This document shows positions 25,747 through 36,854 of a stretch of DNA of 64,000 nt, one piece after another. Each line of letters opens with the position of its first letter. Position 1 is the stretch's first letter. The position numbers and the translations under genes were made by a program. The notes under the pieces were generated by a model. The model was not told the DNA's origin. It saw only the letters and a list, made by a program, of their open reading frames with translations, and did no database searches. Origin of the DNA: a virus; the IMG/VR virus record IMGVR_UViG_3300031911_000004, positions 541 through 64,540 of that record. One strand, given 5' to 3'.

Positions 25747-28700
25747 CTATGATGTCGGGCGTTTGGCCCATGCGGGCAGATTGTTCGATGCCGTTGATTG
25801 TCCAGCATTTGCGGCAGGTTTCAAGGCTTGCTTTCTGGCGTCAGCGTTTGCCTTCTCTCGAAGTTCCTTCAGACGTTCGATCACGGCGGGCGTCGGAGCC
25901 TTCGGGTCAGACTTGCTGACAAGCGGGTCTTTCGCCATCGCATCAGCCATGAGATCGTGACGGAGCTTGTCGTAACGGTCCATCTGGTCGGGCGTCATCT
26001 CGCGTTTCTCGGACTTCTTGGTCTCTGGGTTCTTCTCCGTCACCGAGTACGAAGACTTGTTCGGCTGGGACGGCAACCAAGCGGCATCTGGGTTCTGCTC
26101 GTTCCACGCTGAAACGATGTCAGTGAAAATCTGCGGATTCTTGGGTGCATCGCGGCCTGTTTCGTAGGTCTGGACACCAGCGCCGAAGAGCGACAACAGC
26201 GTAAATGTCAAACCTTTCGGGACGCCCTGGTCTGCCATCACATCTTTGATGTTCTGAAGCGACATCGGCACCGTCATCTTCAGAATCTCTTTCTGGATCG
26301 TGACTTCCTCGCCCGCGAAGTCCTTGCCTTGCAGGAGATTCACGGCGGAACCGATGGCCGGACTCAGCTTGCTGCGGAGGAACTTGGCAATCACATCAAT
26401 CGTGGAGTCTCCGCTGTAGGGTTTGAGCGGTCCACGAAGCGGCACAAGCTCACCCTTCTTCATTGTCTTTCCGGTGACGATGCGAGAGACGAGAACCGTG
26501 GCTTGCAGAATGCCGCCGAACAGATCGAGCCGGGTGTTGCCGAATCTGGCTTTCAGGAAGTCGCTGGAACGCGGGTCGGTTTCAAGGAACTTGGCCTTCT
26601 TCTTCTCCTCGTCATCTGTGAACGCCAGCCATGCCCAATAGGCAAGGCCCATGGCGGTTCCGATTCCGACAAGGAACTTGCCGTACTCCTGGGACACAAG
26701 GGCGCGGGTGCGACCATTCCCGCCGTAAAGCGGCTGGCCAAACAGCAGGTTGAAGCGGCTGGCCATCAGTCGCGGGCTGAAGAAGATGGTGGATAGGATA
26801 GGGTTTCCAGATGGCGGAACCTTCTTGCCCTCCAGTGTCTTCGACATCCCGATGATGCCACGTCCGGTCGCCACGTTGATGTAGTTGGCGAGTGCCGCAC
26901 CTTCTTCCATCGTCACCCGGCCATCGCGGCCAAGCGTCTGCACCATGGTGTTGAAGGAATCAAAGCGAAGCTTGTTCAGGAAGGTGACGAACGCACGTTG
27001 AGATGCCTCAACGGTGCCGAGTGAGCCGAGGATAGCACCAGCAGCAGCGCCAGGGATTGCGCCAATGCCAAGCAGACCAGTCGCACCAGCGGCAGCTCCG
27101 AGGCCAGCGCCAACGGCTGCACCCTTCCATCCGCGAATCTCACGCGCCCACCGGGACATATACTGCTCCTCCATCTTGGTGAGGTCCAGTTCGCCCATGT
27201 CGGTCAGATAGAGTCCCGCCTGTTGTGCGAGTGCGAAGTTCGGATGGTTCCGAATCTCGTTCTCGACCTGTAGTTGGTATTTCTCTTTGGCGAATGCCTT
27301 AATCATCGGCCAGACAGCACGAGCGGCGCGAGCGGGGTTCCCAAAGGCGATGAATCCGCCTTGGCGAAGTGGGGCACTCAAGTCCACGGAGGTCAGGACG
27401 GCGCGACCAGTATTCAGGATCTCACCGCCTGTACCAAGGATCTTCAGGATGGTCGGACGGTTTTCGAGTGTGCGGTTGAAAAGGAAGGTGTTCCAGTCCC
27501 GTTTCGCGGATTCGAGTTGGTGCTGAGCGTCAAGTCGGCGTTTGTCGAAAGCGCGATCCACATCGCTGCGGTCTAGCGTTGGAACCTCAAGGTATTCCTT
27601 GTTCTTCAGCTTACGCTCCAGCTTTTCCCGCTTGCGCTCGGTGGCTCGGCGGAAGTTGTCGAGCGCGATTTCCTCGGGAAGCCTTGAAGGGTTCTGCGCT
27701 TCCTTGAGTGCATCATGGATCTCCTGAAGTTCCGCTCGCTCTTGACGCAGAGCCTTCAGTTCTGGCGTTTCCTCAACGGGTTCACGCTTTGTCCTGCCTA
27801 CATCGGGGAGTCCCCGCGACATGCGGTTGATCCGCCCTTTGAGTTCATCAATGGTCCGTTGCGTCGCTTTCGCCAGGATCGCTGCACGCTGAGCGTCCGT
27901 CTGATTCGGACCCTCCACCATGCGGACTGCCTGACGAAGCCGTCCAAGCTGGGATTTCAGGTCTCTAATCTCCTGCGGCGGCAACGGCTTGGCACCCGGC
28001 TTGTTTGGCCGTTGTCCGGTGATGAGACGGCGTTGAGTCTTCTCGATCTCCTCCTCAAGACGCTTCTTCTGCTTCGCCAGCCTTTCAGCCTGTGGTTCTC
28101 CCGTGAGTTCGCGCAATGCCTTGAACTCCTCGCGTGCGATACGAGCATCCTCCCGAGCCTTCTGGGTCTCGGCGGTAGCGGTCCGGTTTGGCTTCTGGCG
28201 GGCGCTGAAGTCTGCGGCAGCGATCCGGCGCTTGTAATACTCCTCGGACGCTTTGGCGGCACGAGTAGCAGCGCGGTTCCATTTCACGTCGTCGGACTCG
28301 CCCGTCATCTCATCGACGGCGGCTTTGAGTTCGTTGCGGAGCTTCACCAGTGCGTTCAACTCCTCATCGTATTCCAGGGTCTGACGATCTGGACGCGGCT
28401 TGCTCTTGCCGTCGATGATGGCTTGCAGGTCTTCGATCTGGTTCTGCAACCGGGTCTTCGCCGCCTTCTTGGCACTCGCCAGCTGTCCTTCACGGGTGGT
28501 CTCAATGCCCATCTTACGCATTGCAGCCTTCACCTGTGCAGTGAGGTCGCGCACACGCTGGGACATCGGTCCGCGCTGATAGCCGGACTTCAGAGGATTC
28601 TGGCCACGATTTGCCCGTTCCAGTGATTCAAGCAAGCGGGACTCGGCCTTCACCTCGGAAAGCTGGCGCTCCAGTTCATCCTTGGTCGGCTGCGTGGTCT

Positions 28701-31700
28701 TCCCGTAGTCAGAGAGGATGACGCGCACGTTTGATTCCGTGGTGCCTGGGAACAGCGGTTGAACGTCTCGGGCGATGTTCGCTACGATGTCTTCCGTGCG
28801 GTTCACCTTCTGGCGGATGTAGGCGCGGGCAAGGTTGGTGAGCAACTCCTTGCTGAGTCCCTTGGTTGGGTCAGCTCGGAATGCTTCAATGACACCCTCT
28901 GGCGTCTTCAACCGCTCACGACGCGCTTTCTCGGCAGCGAACTCCTGTTGTGCCGTCTGAAACGCCTGCTGTGACACCGTGAAGATTTCCGGCACTCTCG
29001 GACGGATGTCCTCGCCAAATTCCGCAACCATCTTGGCAGTGAAGTCTGGTAGCGTTGTAGCGCCCTCTTGGATGTACTCGGCACCGATCACGCCGTAGTC
29101 AGCAAGGTCGTCTTCTGGGGCTGACGGGGCACCTGCTGGACGCGGGCCTTCAGCCGCGCCAGTCGGACGGTTCTTCTTCAACCGCTCCCTCGCCGCCTTC
29201 GCCTTGTCTTTCAGGTACGCTTTCTCATCGCCACCCTTTTTGACCACGCGCTCGGCATCCCGCTGCATGTTCTGACGCAGACGGTCGAGCGCGGCTTTCA
29301 CCTCACGCACTTCCTGCTCTGTGTCGGTAGCATCCAACTTGGCTTGTGCGGCCTGGATCTTGTTCGCATGCTGGGTGATCTCCGCTTGTTCTTGCGGCGA
29401 CACCTCAGCGCCAAGGTTCGCCTCAGTCTGGAAGGTCTGAATCAACGCCTCTGGCGTGTACACCTCATCCAGCTTCAGGAACATCTTGCGGATGTTGAGT
29501 CCTCGCCCTTGGCTTGTGCCGACTCCGACGGCTGCGACATCAACGTCATTCTCCATCTGCTTGAGATGGTCGTAGCGTTGCTTTGCGGAGTTCTTTTCCG
29601 GCCCGTCCTCCATGCCGTTGATCTCGCGTTGAGCCGCTTCTTTCTGCTGCTTCACCGCAACCTTCTGCATCAGCAAAACAGCGGCTTCCACGTCCGTGAC
29701 GGCACGCGGGGCGTTCACAAGCTCTTTGACGAGCGCCTCACCAGCACGCGGGTCTTTCCGCAAGATGGAGCGGGCTTTATCGAGCGCCTCTGGCCATGTG
29801 TGGGCAGCTTCACGGAGGATCGGGTTTTCACCACGCGCTTCACGCTCGGCGTCCGTATCGGCATTCTTGAGCGACGTGACGTTTTCCAACTCTTCACGGA
29901 CTGCCGTCTGTGCATCCTGACGGTTCAGGCTATCCACCTCATCATCAGCGATCCTCTGTGCATCCTCTTTCGGCATCCCGTCTTTGACGCGATTCTCGTA
30001 TGACTGACGGATTGCCCGCACTTCATCCAAGATAGCCTGGGCATCTGGCGCAAGCGTGCCGATGTTCTCCTGCTGGCCTTCTTGTGCAAACTCAAAGAGC
30101 GCCACGATGTCATCGACCTCTGGCGCGGACTGCTCCAACTCTTCCAGTAGCTTGGCGAGTTCTGCGGAGTCGTCGGGTTCTTCGGCTACGGATGGGGCAC
30201 CTGCTGGTTTTTTTGCAGGAATACGAATCAAGTTCCAAGTGTCACCGTAGAAATTGGTGGCTGACTCGTTGTTCTTCACTCGCTGTTCTGGCGTCAAAGC
30301 CTCGACGAGATCCAGTCTGCTCAACTGGATTTTCATCCGGTTGTCGAACAGCAAATTCTTGAACTGACCAAGGGATACACCGGGGTTCTCTTTTACCCAT
30401 GCTTTATAGACATCAGAGATGAACACCTTTTCTTCGCCCCATCGTTCAGATGGAGGGATTGAGGCGGCGATACGCTCAACGTCATTGTTGAATTCAGCTT
30501 TTTTCGTCGAACCTTCGGTTTTAACCGGGTTATTACCCTGTTTACTCCGCTCAGCTTCCTGACGGCGCGACTCCTCCAATGCTGATGGTGCAGCCTTCTT
30601 GAAGATCGGACCTTTGGGTTTTGAGGCAGGTTTCGCAGCGGCTTTTGCGGCATCAACCGCCTTTGACACATCGGCGTAGGAATAAACTTTCACTCCCGCT
30701 GGAACAATGGCCTGGACCGCATCGACAAACTCTTGACCCAGTGCCGGATTCACCAGCACGGCGGTAATGTCAGCCGCATTCCCGAACGACTTCATGCCGG
30801 GTTTACCGACGAGGATGAATGCACCGTCACGTACTGCGACCCCGCCCGCCGTGGTAGCGAGACCAGCGGTTCCCTGCGGTTTCGCAAGTGGCGCGTAGTG
30901 AAGTCCTTCAGCCCGGTTGTCTGTGCGAATACCGTCGCGGAAGATGCGAGCCAGGGCATCCAACGCAGCAGGCGGTGAGGCTTTCGCCATGCCGTGCGCC
31001 GGGATGTCTTTCCCGTCTTCACCTACTGCGTTGAAAGCTTTATTGGATTCCAGTTCGCCTTCTTGCAACGCGTCTGTCCAGTTGCGGTTTTGCCGCATCC
31101 AGTCATTCGCGAGTTGCTTGGCGCGGTCGAAATCGACATCGGTTTTGTCCGCTTTCTTGTCGCTCGCAGCGTTCTCAGCCTTAGCGGGTTGCTCCGTTTT
31201 TGTCTGCTCGGTTGTCGCAAGACGTGTCTCAATCTCCTTCACGGCTTCACGCGCCTCTTTCAAAAGCGCGTCCATGCGTGTCTTCACCTCGGGGAGCATG
31301 TCGCCCTTCTGGATGCTGCGGATGGCGTCGATGAACTCATTCAGCACATCGCGCAACCTCTGGAGAAGACTTGGGCTGGCGGTCTCCTCGGTGATCTTCC
31401 GCAGATCTGCATCCTGCCAATACTGGCGGAAGAACTCCAGCGCGGCGGTGAAGTCATCTTCGGGTGAGAACGTGGCACCCGTCCGGGCGAAATACACCTC
31501 CGCGGACCGTTGCTTGATCGCATCAGGCAACTCCTGCCACATGGCAGCGAAGTTGTCTGAGAACGTCTGACTTTCGTTCCCGCGCTTGACCGTCACGGCA
31601 TGACGGAACTCCTCATCAAGAGCCGTCTCCATGTAGTTGCGGATCTCGGCAGCGTTTTTGAACTGGCGGAAACGCCGGATGGCGCGGGTCGGGTCGATCT

Positions 31701-34700
31701 CGACACGTCCGGTGTCAAGATCCACCTGCATGAAGGAAGTGGAATCGTTGGCCCCGAATCGGCGGAACTCCACGCCCCCAAGCTTTGGTGCCCAGCGGTC
31801 CAATGCCTGACCAATCAACTTGGCTCGAGCACGAATCAACGTCGCGGCCTTCTGCTGGCCGTTGAGATCTGCGATGCGGGCCACTTCGTTGCTGTACTCG
31901 TAGAAGTAGCGTCCTGGCGCAGTGCCTTTTGGGACCGTTACTGCACGGGAATCTTTCTCGGTCGGCCTCTCTGGCGTGACTGTAGCTGGCTTACTTGCGA
32001 CAGCTTCAGGTGTAGATTGTCCTGTTCCTGGGCCGGGAGTTGCCTCGCTCCCGACAACAGCAGGATTTCCAGTACTCCCTGCGGGTTCAACTTCACCATC
32101 GCTTGGTAGTGGTCCGGCGGCATCCCCGGTCGCTTCAACTGGACTGACATTTCCTGCTCCTGCGTCGGGAGCAACAGCGGATTCGGGAGCGGGAGTGAGG
32201 CTGGCATCTTCTTCTGGTGCTGGTTGTTCTTCTTCAGGGTCTTGATTGGCTTGTGCGCGAGCCTCCTGCTCATCCAGTTGGATGAGGCTGCGGGTAGCTG
32301 GGAAGTTGGCTTCCAGGGCGTCCAGCGCCCCTTGCGTAATGATCGGCTTGCCGTTCTCCAGCTTCACGGCTGGAACGCCTTTGCTTGATCCCTGCTCAAT
32401 GGCTCCATTCTCGTTTCGTTCAAGGCCGACAACCGCAAGCTGCTGGTCGGTGAACTGCCCGAGCTCAGCGCCTTGTGCGATGTCGCGGAGAACTTGTGCC
32501 TGCTGCGTGACCGTCGTCGTCTCCTCGGGTGTTGCACCTTGAAACCCTTGGATCTCGGCGTCAGACTGCGCCATCGCCTGCTTGTCACGGAATCCCTGAT
32601 ACAACTCGTTGGCGACATCAGCGCCTCCTGTGGAGGCCGATACTGCGCCCCCCAGTGCCCCACCGATCCATGCGGCTTCAAAGGCTTCGTTGAGGATCTC
32701 TGGTACGGTTTTGTTCTGGTTGTAGGTGGATGCAGCCAGCACACCCTGGGCAAGCTGGTCAAGTCCTTCTTCCAACGCTTCTTCACCGACATCGCGCCCG
32801 ATCTCCACCAACTTACGACGGAGGATGGTCTTGACAGCTTCACGGCCTGTGGTGCTGCGGAAGAGACCTTCCACACCGTTCATGCCGCCGCCATACGTGA
32901 GAGCGCCTGTGATGATCGCAGAGATGACGGCGGGCTTCAGCGCATCCCGTGCCGCGAGGCTCTCGGCTTTACCTTGCTGTGTACCAGCTTGGAATGCCTC
33001 AGCGTAGGTGCCGCCGCCCGATTGTCCGGCTGCTGCCAGCGCGGAACCCAGAAGTGGATTGCCAGGTGTCAGTACCGACCCAGCAAGCGCGGGAAGCAGC
33101 GATGTGCCAGCCCCAGCAACTTTCGTGAGGCTGTTGGCCAGGATGCCCGTCCCGGCGAGTTCTGCCCCGACGTTGTAGGCATTCTGCCGCTTGGTCCAAA
33201 ATTGCATGGCGTCATGGAGAGCCGATTGCGCGGACTCCCCAAGCTGACTTTTCGCCCCCATCTTCTCCACGCCAGCGAGTCCTGTGGTCGTGAGCGCCGC
33301 CAAAACACCCATGGCCTGCTGACCGATGCCTGCGCCACCAGCGTTCACACGGTTGATAAGCTGGTCTACCCAGCCGCCCTTGCGCTGTTCCTTAACGAAT
33401 GCCGTCGCCTTCTGCTCGATGTTGCCAGGAGTGTTGTCTAGGAAATCCTTGAATGCTGGAATCGCCTGCGCGGCTTCTACGATCTGGGTCGCAGCCTTCA
33501 AGCGAAGCTCGGGGAGGAGCGCCATGGCCCTGTCCTTGGCTTCCTGATCGGCTCCAGAATCCTCCACGGCTTTCCGGTAGGCATCTGGGTCGGCCCAGTC
33601 GGCTGGGTTCACCACGACGTTCCCATTGTGGAGTAGTCGGGTGCGCTTCTTCTCGAAGTCTCCCCATCCAGACTCAAGGTTCATCGCGTCTTCTAATGCG
33701 TTGGAAGCCTGTTGCTTGGAGATACCCGCCTTTTCAGCCAAGGTATTCACCTTCTCAGTGACATTTCGGAGGAAGTAGTCCGCGAAATCCTCACCAGGCT
33801 TCTGCTCGATCTTCGTGCGGGACATCTCAGATGCAGCCTCACGAATGAGATCTTGCTCAACCTCGCCAGCCTGCAAGAGCCTCTCCCGCTTGGCCTGATA
33901 CTCGTCGGTCATCGCCGCAAGCTGCGCCTCGAACTCTGGACGCGCTTCGGGGGCGACGTTTGCGGACTCCTCACGGATGCGGTCCAGCGCCTGAACGAAT
34001 TCATCGTCAAGCTTCTGGATGTCGGGAATCACCTTGCCGATACCTGGCTGTTGCTGGCCGAGTTTCTCCAGCTTTGCACGTTGCTCAGCAAGCTGCTCGT
34101 CGCGGACCTTACGGGATTCAGCATCGAGCGTCTGGCCGTCAGCATCCATTGCAGCGGCCTTCTGGGTCACAGTGTCAATCTGCGGCTTTAGACGCTCCAG
34201 TGCGGTCTTGCGCTCGTCCCACGCCTTTTGCGCTTGTTCCCAGAGGCTCTTGTCCCACTCCTCTTTGACGGGGTTCCCCTCGCTGTCCCGTGAGGTCACG
34301 ATGATGCGGTTGGTCCCGCCAGGGGTTGCGGTGGTGTTGAGGTTCTGTTCCTTCAACTCCATCCACCGTTTGTCGGCGGCTGTGATGGCGGTGTTGAGTT
34401 GCTGGACCTCGGCGTTCAGTGACTCTCGTTCTTTGGTGTAGCGGTCGAGGCGGGTGGTGTAGTCCTCAGCTTTGGCGGCGGGAGTGGGCGGCAAAGCCGT
34501 TTGCGGGCCGGGGGCATCGTCTGTGACGGTCGGTTTTCGACCAGCGCGAAGGTCTTGGCGCAGGGTTGTGACATCCCGCCCAGCGTTGTCAAGCTGTTGT
34601 TGCGTGGTGACAAAGCGGGTCTGGCGCTCTGATTCGCCTGACACAAACGCGTCTCGATCTTCCTGGGCTTCAAGGTTCTGGCGCTTCAGGTCTTCGATGA

Positions 34701-35406
34701 GCGTCTCATCGAGTTCATCCTTCTGGGCAGCGCGGAGTTTGCGGGCCGTTTCAGCCACACGACTTTCGAGCCTCGCTTTCTCGATTCGGTTGAGCGATTC
34801 CTCATGCTGTAGAGCCTCCTTGGCCTTCCCAACGGTGTTTGCGGCGGTGTCGATGGATGCCGCTGCCTCGCGCTTCTTCGCCCACTGCTCATCCTCACCC
34901 AGATCACGGGGTTTTAACCCGCGAACCGACTGGATTTTCCGCCCAGTCTTCGGGTCGGTGACGGTCTTGCCGAGCGTCTCGTAGGCGTCCACTAGGTTTC
35001 CTTGTGCATCACGGGTCCACGCCTTACCCTCGTTGTCATCCGTCCAGACGTTTGTGTTCTGGGTACGACGGAGAATCCCCCCATTCGGCGCAGTCGCGGG
35101 CCGTTTGCTCCCGGTTTCGGGGTCGGTCTGGAGTTGATAGCCAGCGTCTTTTGCTGCCTGTTCGGCTGCTTTCTGGCGGGCCACCGCAGCTTTCTCGGCG
35201 GCTTTCTGCTCTGCCAACAACTCACGATCAACGCGCTTGCGCATCTCAGCGTCCTGATCCTCCTGCACCTCAACTTCCGGGTCTTTGATCCCAGCCATGG
35301 CCATAGACGCCTTCCGACGCGTGGGAGACGGGTCGTTAAGGATGCGGCCAACGGCTGCTTGTTTTGCCCGCGCCAGGGCGGAACTTGAGAATGTGATGCG
35401 TGGCAT
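25747..35406 (-). CDS. Giant internal virion / ejection protein, large polyvalent-protein-like
   Basis: 3219 aa; coiled coils, Gly/Ala-rich hydrophobic segments, EALEEGLDQ motif, C-terminal LPD38-like RSKLSPAIG...GKDFAGE. Confidence 0.8.
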   Translation of the reverse strand: MPRITFSSSALARAKQAAVGRILNDPSPTRRKASMAMAGIKDPEVEVQEDQDAEMRKRVDRELLAEQKAAEKAAVARQKAAEQAAKDAGYQLQTDPETGSKRPATAPNGGILRRTQNTNVWTDDNEGKAWTRDAQGNLVDAYETLGKTVTDPKTGRKIQSVRGLKPRDLGEDEQWAKKREAAASIDTAANTVGKAKEALQHEESLNRIEKARLESRVAETARKLRAAQKDELDETLIEDLKRQNLEAQEDRDAFVSGESERQTRFVTTQQQLDNAGRDVTTLRQDLRAGRKPTVTDDAPGPQTALPPTPAAKAEDYTTRLDRYTKERESLNAEVQQLNTAITAADKRWMELKEQNLNTTATPGGTNRIIVTSRDSEGNPVKEEWDKSLWEQAQKAWDERKTALERLKPQIDTVTQKAAAMDADGQTLDAESRKVRDEQLAEQRAKLEKLGQQQPGIGKVIPDIQKLDDEFVQALDRIREESANVAPEARPEFEAQLAAMTDEYQAKRERLLQAGEVEQDLIREAASEMSRTKIEQKPGEDFADYFLRNVTEKVNTLAEKAGISKQQASNALEDAMNLESGWGDFEKKRTRLLHNGNVVVNPADWADPDAYRKAVEDSGADQEAKDRAMALLPELRLKAATQIVEAAQAIPAFKDFLDNTPGNIEQKATAFVKEQRKGGWVDQLINRVNAGGAGIGQQAMGVLAALTTTGLAGVEKMGAKSQLGESAQSALHDAMQFWTKRQNAYNVGAELAGTGILANSLTKVAGAGTSLLPALAGSVLTPGNPLLGSALAAAGQSGGGTYAEAFQAGTQQGKAESLAARDALKPAVISAIITGALTYGGGMNGVEGLFRSTTGREAVKTILRRKLVEIGRDVGEEALEEGLDQLAQGVLAASTYNQNKTVPEILNEAFEAAWIGGALGGAVSASTGGADVANELYQGFRDKQAMAQSDAEIQGFQGATPEETTTVTQQAQVLRDIAQGAELGQFTDQQLAVVGLERNENGAIEQGSSKGVPAVKLENGKPIITQGALDALEANFPATRSLIQLDEQEARAQANQDPEEEQPAPEEDASLTPAPESAVAPDAGAGNVSPVEATGDAAGPLPSDGEVEPAGSTGNPAVVGSEATPGPGTGQSTPEAVASKPATVTPERPTEKDSRAVTVPKGTAPGRYFYEYSNEVARIADLNGQQKAATLIRARAKLIGQALDRWAPKLGGVEFRRFGANDSTSFMQVDLDTGRVEIDPTRAIRRFRQFKNAAEIRNYMETALDEEFRHAVTVKRGNESQTFSDNFAAMWQELPDAIKQRSAEVYFARTGATFSPEDDFTAALEFFRQYWQDADLRKITEETASPSLLQRLRDVLNEFIDAIRSIQKGDMLPEVKTRMDALLKEAREAVKEIETRLATTEQTKTEQPAKAENAASDKKADKTDVDFDRAKQLANDWMRQNRNWTDALQEGELESNKAFNAVGEDGKDIPAHGMAKASPPAALDALARIFRDGIRTDNRAEGLHYAPLAKPQGTAGLATTAGGVAVRDGAFILVGKPGMKSFGNAADITAVLVNPALGQEFVDAVQAIVPAGVKVYSYADVSKAVDAAKAAAKPASKPKGPIFKKAAPSALEESRRQEAERSKQGNNPVKTEGSTKKAEFNNDVERIAASIPPSERWGEEKVFISDVYKAWVKENPGVSLGQFKNLLFDNRMKIQLSRLDLVEALTPEQRVKNNESATNFYGDTWNLIRIPAKKPAGAPSVAEEPDDSAELAKLLEELEQSAPEVDDIVALFEFAQEGQQENIGTLAPDAQAILDEVRAIRQSYENRVKDGMPKEDAQRIADDEVDSLNRQDAQTAVREELENVTSLKNADTDAEREARGENPILREAAHTWPEALDKARSILRKDPRAGEALVKELVNAPRAVTDVEAAVLLMQKVAVKQQKEAAQREINGMEDGPEKNSAKQRYDHLKQMENDVDVAAVGVGTSQGRGLNIRKMFLKLDEVYTPEALIQTFQTEANLGAEVSPQEQAEITQHANKIQAAQAKLDATDTEQEVREVKAALDRLRQNMQRDAERVVKKGGDEKAYLKDKAKAARERLKKNRPTGAAEGPRPAGAPSAPEDDLADYGVIGAEYIQEGATTLPDFTAKMVAEFGEDIRPRVPEIFTVSQQAFQTAQQEFAAEKARRERLKTPEGVIEAFRADPTKGLSKELLTNLARAYIRQKVNRTEDIVANIARDVQPLFPGTTESNVRVILSDYGKTTQPTKDELERQLSEVKAESRLLESLERANRGQNPLKSGYQRGPMSQRVRDLTAQVKAAMRKMGIETTREGQLASAKKAAKTRLQNQIEDLQAIIDGKSKPRPDRQTLEYDEELNALVKLRNELKAAVDEMTGESDDVKWNRAATRAAKASEEYYKRRIAAADFSARQKPNRTATAETQKAREDARIAREEFKALRELTGEPQAERLAKQKKRLEEEIEKTQRRLITGQRPNKPGAKPLPPQEIRDLKSQLGRLRQAVRMVEGPNQTDAQRAAILAKATQRTIDELKGRINRMSRGLPDVGRTKREPVEETPELKALRQERAELQEIHDALKEAQNPSRLPEEIALDNFRRATERKREKLERKLKNKEYLEVPTLDRSDVDRAFDKRRLDAQHQLESAKRDWNTFLFNRTLENRPTILKILGTGGEILNTGRAVLTSVDLSAPLRQGGFIAFGNPARAARAVWPMIKAFAKEKYQLQVENEIRNHPNFALAQQAGLYLTDMGELDLTKMEEQYMSRWAREIRGWKGAAVGAGLGAAAGATGLLGIGAIPGAAAGAILGSLGTVEASQRAFVTFLNKLRFDSFNTMVQTLGRDGRVTMEEGAALANYINVATGRGIIGMSKTLEGKKVPPSGNPILSTIFFSPRLMASRFNLLFGQPLYGGNGRTRALVSQEYGKFLVGIGTAMGLAYWAWLAFTDDEEKKKAKFLETDPRSSDFLKARFGNTRLDLFGGILQATVLVSRIVTGKTMKKGELVPLRGPLKPYSGDSTIDVIAKFLRSKLSPAIGSAVNLLQGKDFAGEEVTIQKEILKMTVPMSLQNIKDVMADQGVPKGLTFTLLSLFGAGVQTYETGRDAPKNPQIFTDIVSAWNEQNPDAAWLPSQPNKSSYSVTEKNPETKKSEKREMTPDQMDRYDKLRHDLMADAMAKDPLVSKSDPKAPTPAVIERLKELREKANADARKQALKPAANAGQSTASNNLPAWAKRPTS

Positions 35407-35463
35407 GGGTGATATGGCCTGTCAGGTGGGGCGTGATTGGGAGCGCCCCTGTAGGTTGTCGTG

Positions 35464-36075
35464 CTACTGCTTGCGGGCGCGGAGTTTCCACCACTCCCAC
35501 GGGACTTTCTTGCCGTCCTCTACAACGTAGCGATCTTTACGGCCAGAGGCTTTCCCGGTGGCAGTCATCTTCCCGCCTTGTGTGGACTCGGCTTCAACGC
35601 CTGAGAATGCATTTGCGGTGCTGTTGCCATCCGTCTTGGCAGTCGCTGAAACAGCAGGTTCTCTAGCCTTCGCGGATTTACGCTTCACTCGCTCAGCCTC
35701 AGCATAAGCGCGAGCGTACTCAGGGGAAGATCCCCGAGACGTATAGTAGGCTTCCGACTCCTTGTCGGATGTGTCACCACCACCTTGAACCTCAGCACGG
35801 CGTCGTTTCCGATACGATTCCTCACGGGCCATCGCAGCGTTGGACTTCTCGTTCTGTGCTTGATCCTCGGCGGCTTTGAATACCGCGTCAGGATCTCCAC
35901 CGCGTGCAGCAATCCGGCTGGCAAGCGCCTGCTCGGCGTTGACTCCCCGGATACGTCCCGGCACACCGCCAGAAGACGAGCGGCTCAACATGCGGGCAGC
36001 ACCAACATAATCGCCACGGTTCTCCATGGCGGCGGCACGTGCTCGGGATGCCCAACGAGGAAGGGTGGTTGCCAT
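35464..36075 (-). CDS. Putative small ejection/internal virion protein
   Basis: Basic, Ala/Arg-rich; upstream of the giant protein. Confidence 0.55.
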   Translation of the reverse strand: MATTLPRWASRARAAAMENRGDYVGAARMLSRSSSGGVPGRIRGVNAEQALASRIAARGGDPDAVFKAAEDQAQNEKSNAAMAREESYRKRRRAEVQGGGDTSDKESEAYYTSRGSSPEYARAYAEAERVKRKSAKAREPAVSATAKTDGNSTANAFSGVEAESTQGGKMTATGKASGRKDRYVVEDGKKVPWEWWKLRARKQ

Positions 36076-36078
36076 AAG

Positions 36079-36561
36079 TTATCGGCTACTACGGGCTTTG
36101 CGGAGTTTCGCCATGTTGACGGCACCATCCCACGACATCGTGCCTTCATTCCACGTCTGGCCGACTGCACGGCGAAGCGCCTGCTTACGTGCATCGCCCA
36201 TCTTGGCGTCACGGATTTGGTTCACTCGGAAAGTGTAGTCTGAGTCAACCTGCTGAGTGCGGAGTTTGTCAAGGTTCGCCTGTTCGAGATCCTGAAGGGC
36301 ATCAGACCCGACTTTGACCCGCACAGTTCCCGGCTGCCCTTGGCGAGCGCCTGCCCCATCTCCTGCGTAGACACCTGTGCCGCGGCGATAGTTGGTGTTG
36401 GCAGCGGAGTTGCGGGCAACGCTGTCCATGGCGGCTGAAACCCCCTGTTTAGCGGCCATCTGTCGCGCCTGGGACTGGTAAAGCAGATCGTTCTTGGCCT
36501 TGTCGCGCTCGTGGGCGAGTTTCTTGACCAGACTGCTGGCGGATTGGAGTTTGATGGCCAT
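36079..36561 (-). CDS. Putative small ejection/internal virion protein
   Basis: Basic, Ala/Gln-rich; same operon. Confidence 0.55.
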   Translation of the reverse strand: MAIKLQSASSLVKKLAHERDKAKNDLLYQSQARQMAAKQGVSAAMDSVARNSAANTNYRRGTGVYAGDGAGARQGQPGTVRVKVGSDALQDLEQANLDKLRTQQVDSDYTFRVNQIRDAKMGDARKQALRRAVGQTWNEGTMSWDGAVNMAKLRKARSSR

Positions 36562-36566
36562 GGCGG

Positions 36567-36854
36567 TTATTCCTCAGATTCTGGGTTGCGGCGGGACTTC
36601 TTCTTGGCGCGTTGAGCCATCCCGGCCCAGCCAACAGCGCGGAGATCCCGCAGAAAGTCTTCCTGCGCCTTGTCCATCATCGGGGCTATTGCGGAACCCG
36701 CAACCGGGACTGCGATCCTGCCTTGTCGGCGCTGCCCCAAGTGGTTGACGTTGGGGTCGAACTTGGCGGGTTGCTGCTGGACCCGCAGTCTTTCCCGGTT
36801 CTGGAATGCCGGGGACTTGCGGGCAGTGCTGAAGTTTGTCGCGATCCCTGCCAT
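36567..36854 (-). CDS. Small basic protein, first gene of the ejection operon
   Basis: 95 aa; TTGCGC promoter-like element upstream. Confidence 0.5.
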   Translation of the reverse strand: MAGIATNFSTARKSPAFQNRERLRVQQQPAKFDPNVNHLGQRRQGRIAVPVAGSAIAPMMDKAQEDFLRDLRAVGWAGMAQRAKKKSRRNPESEE

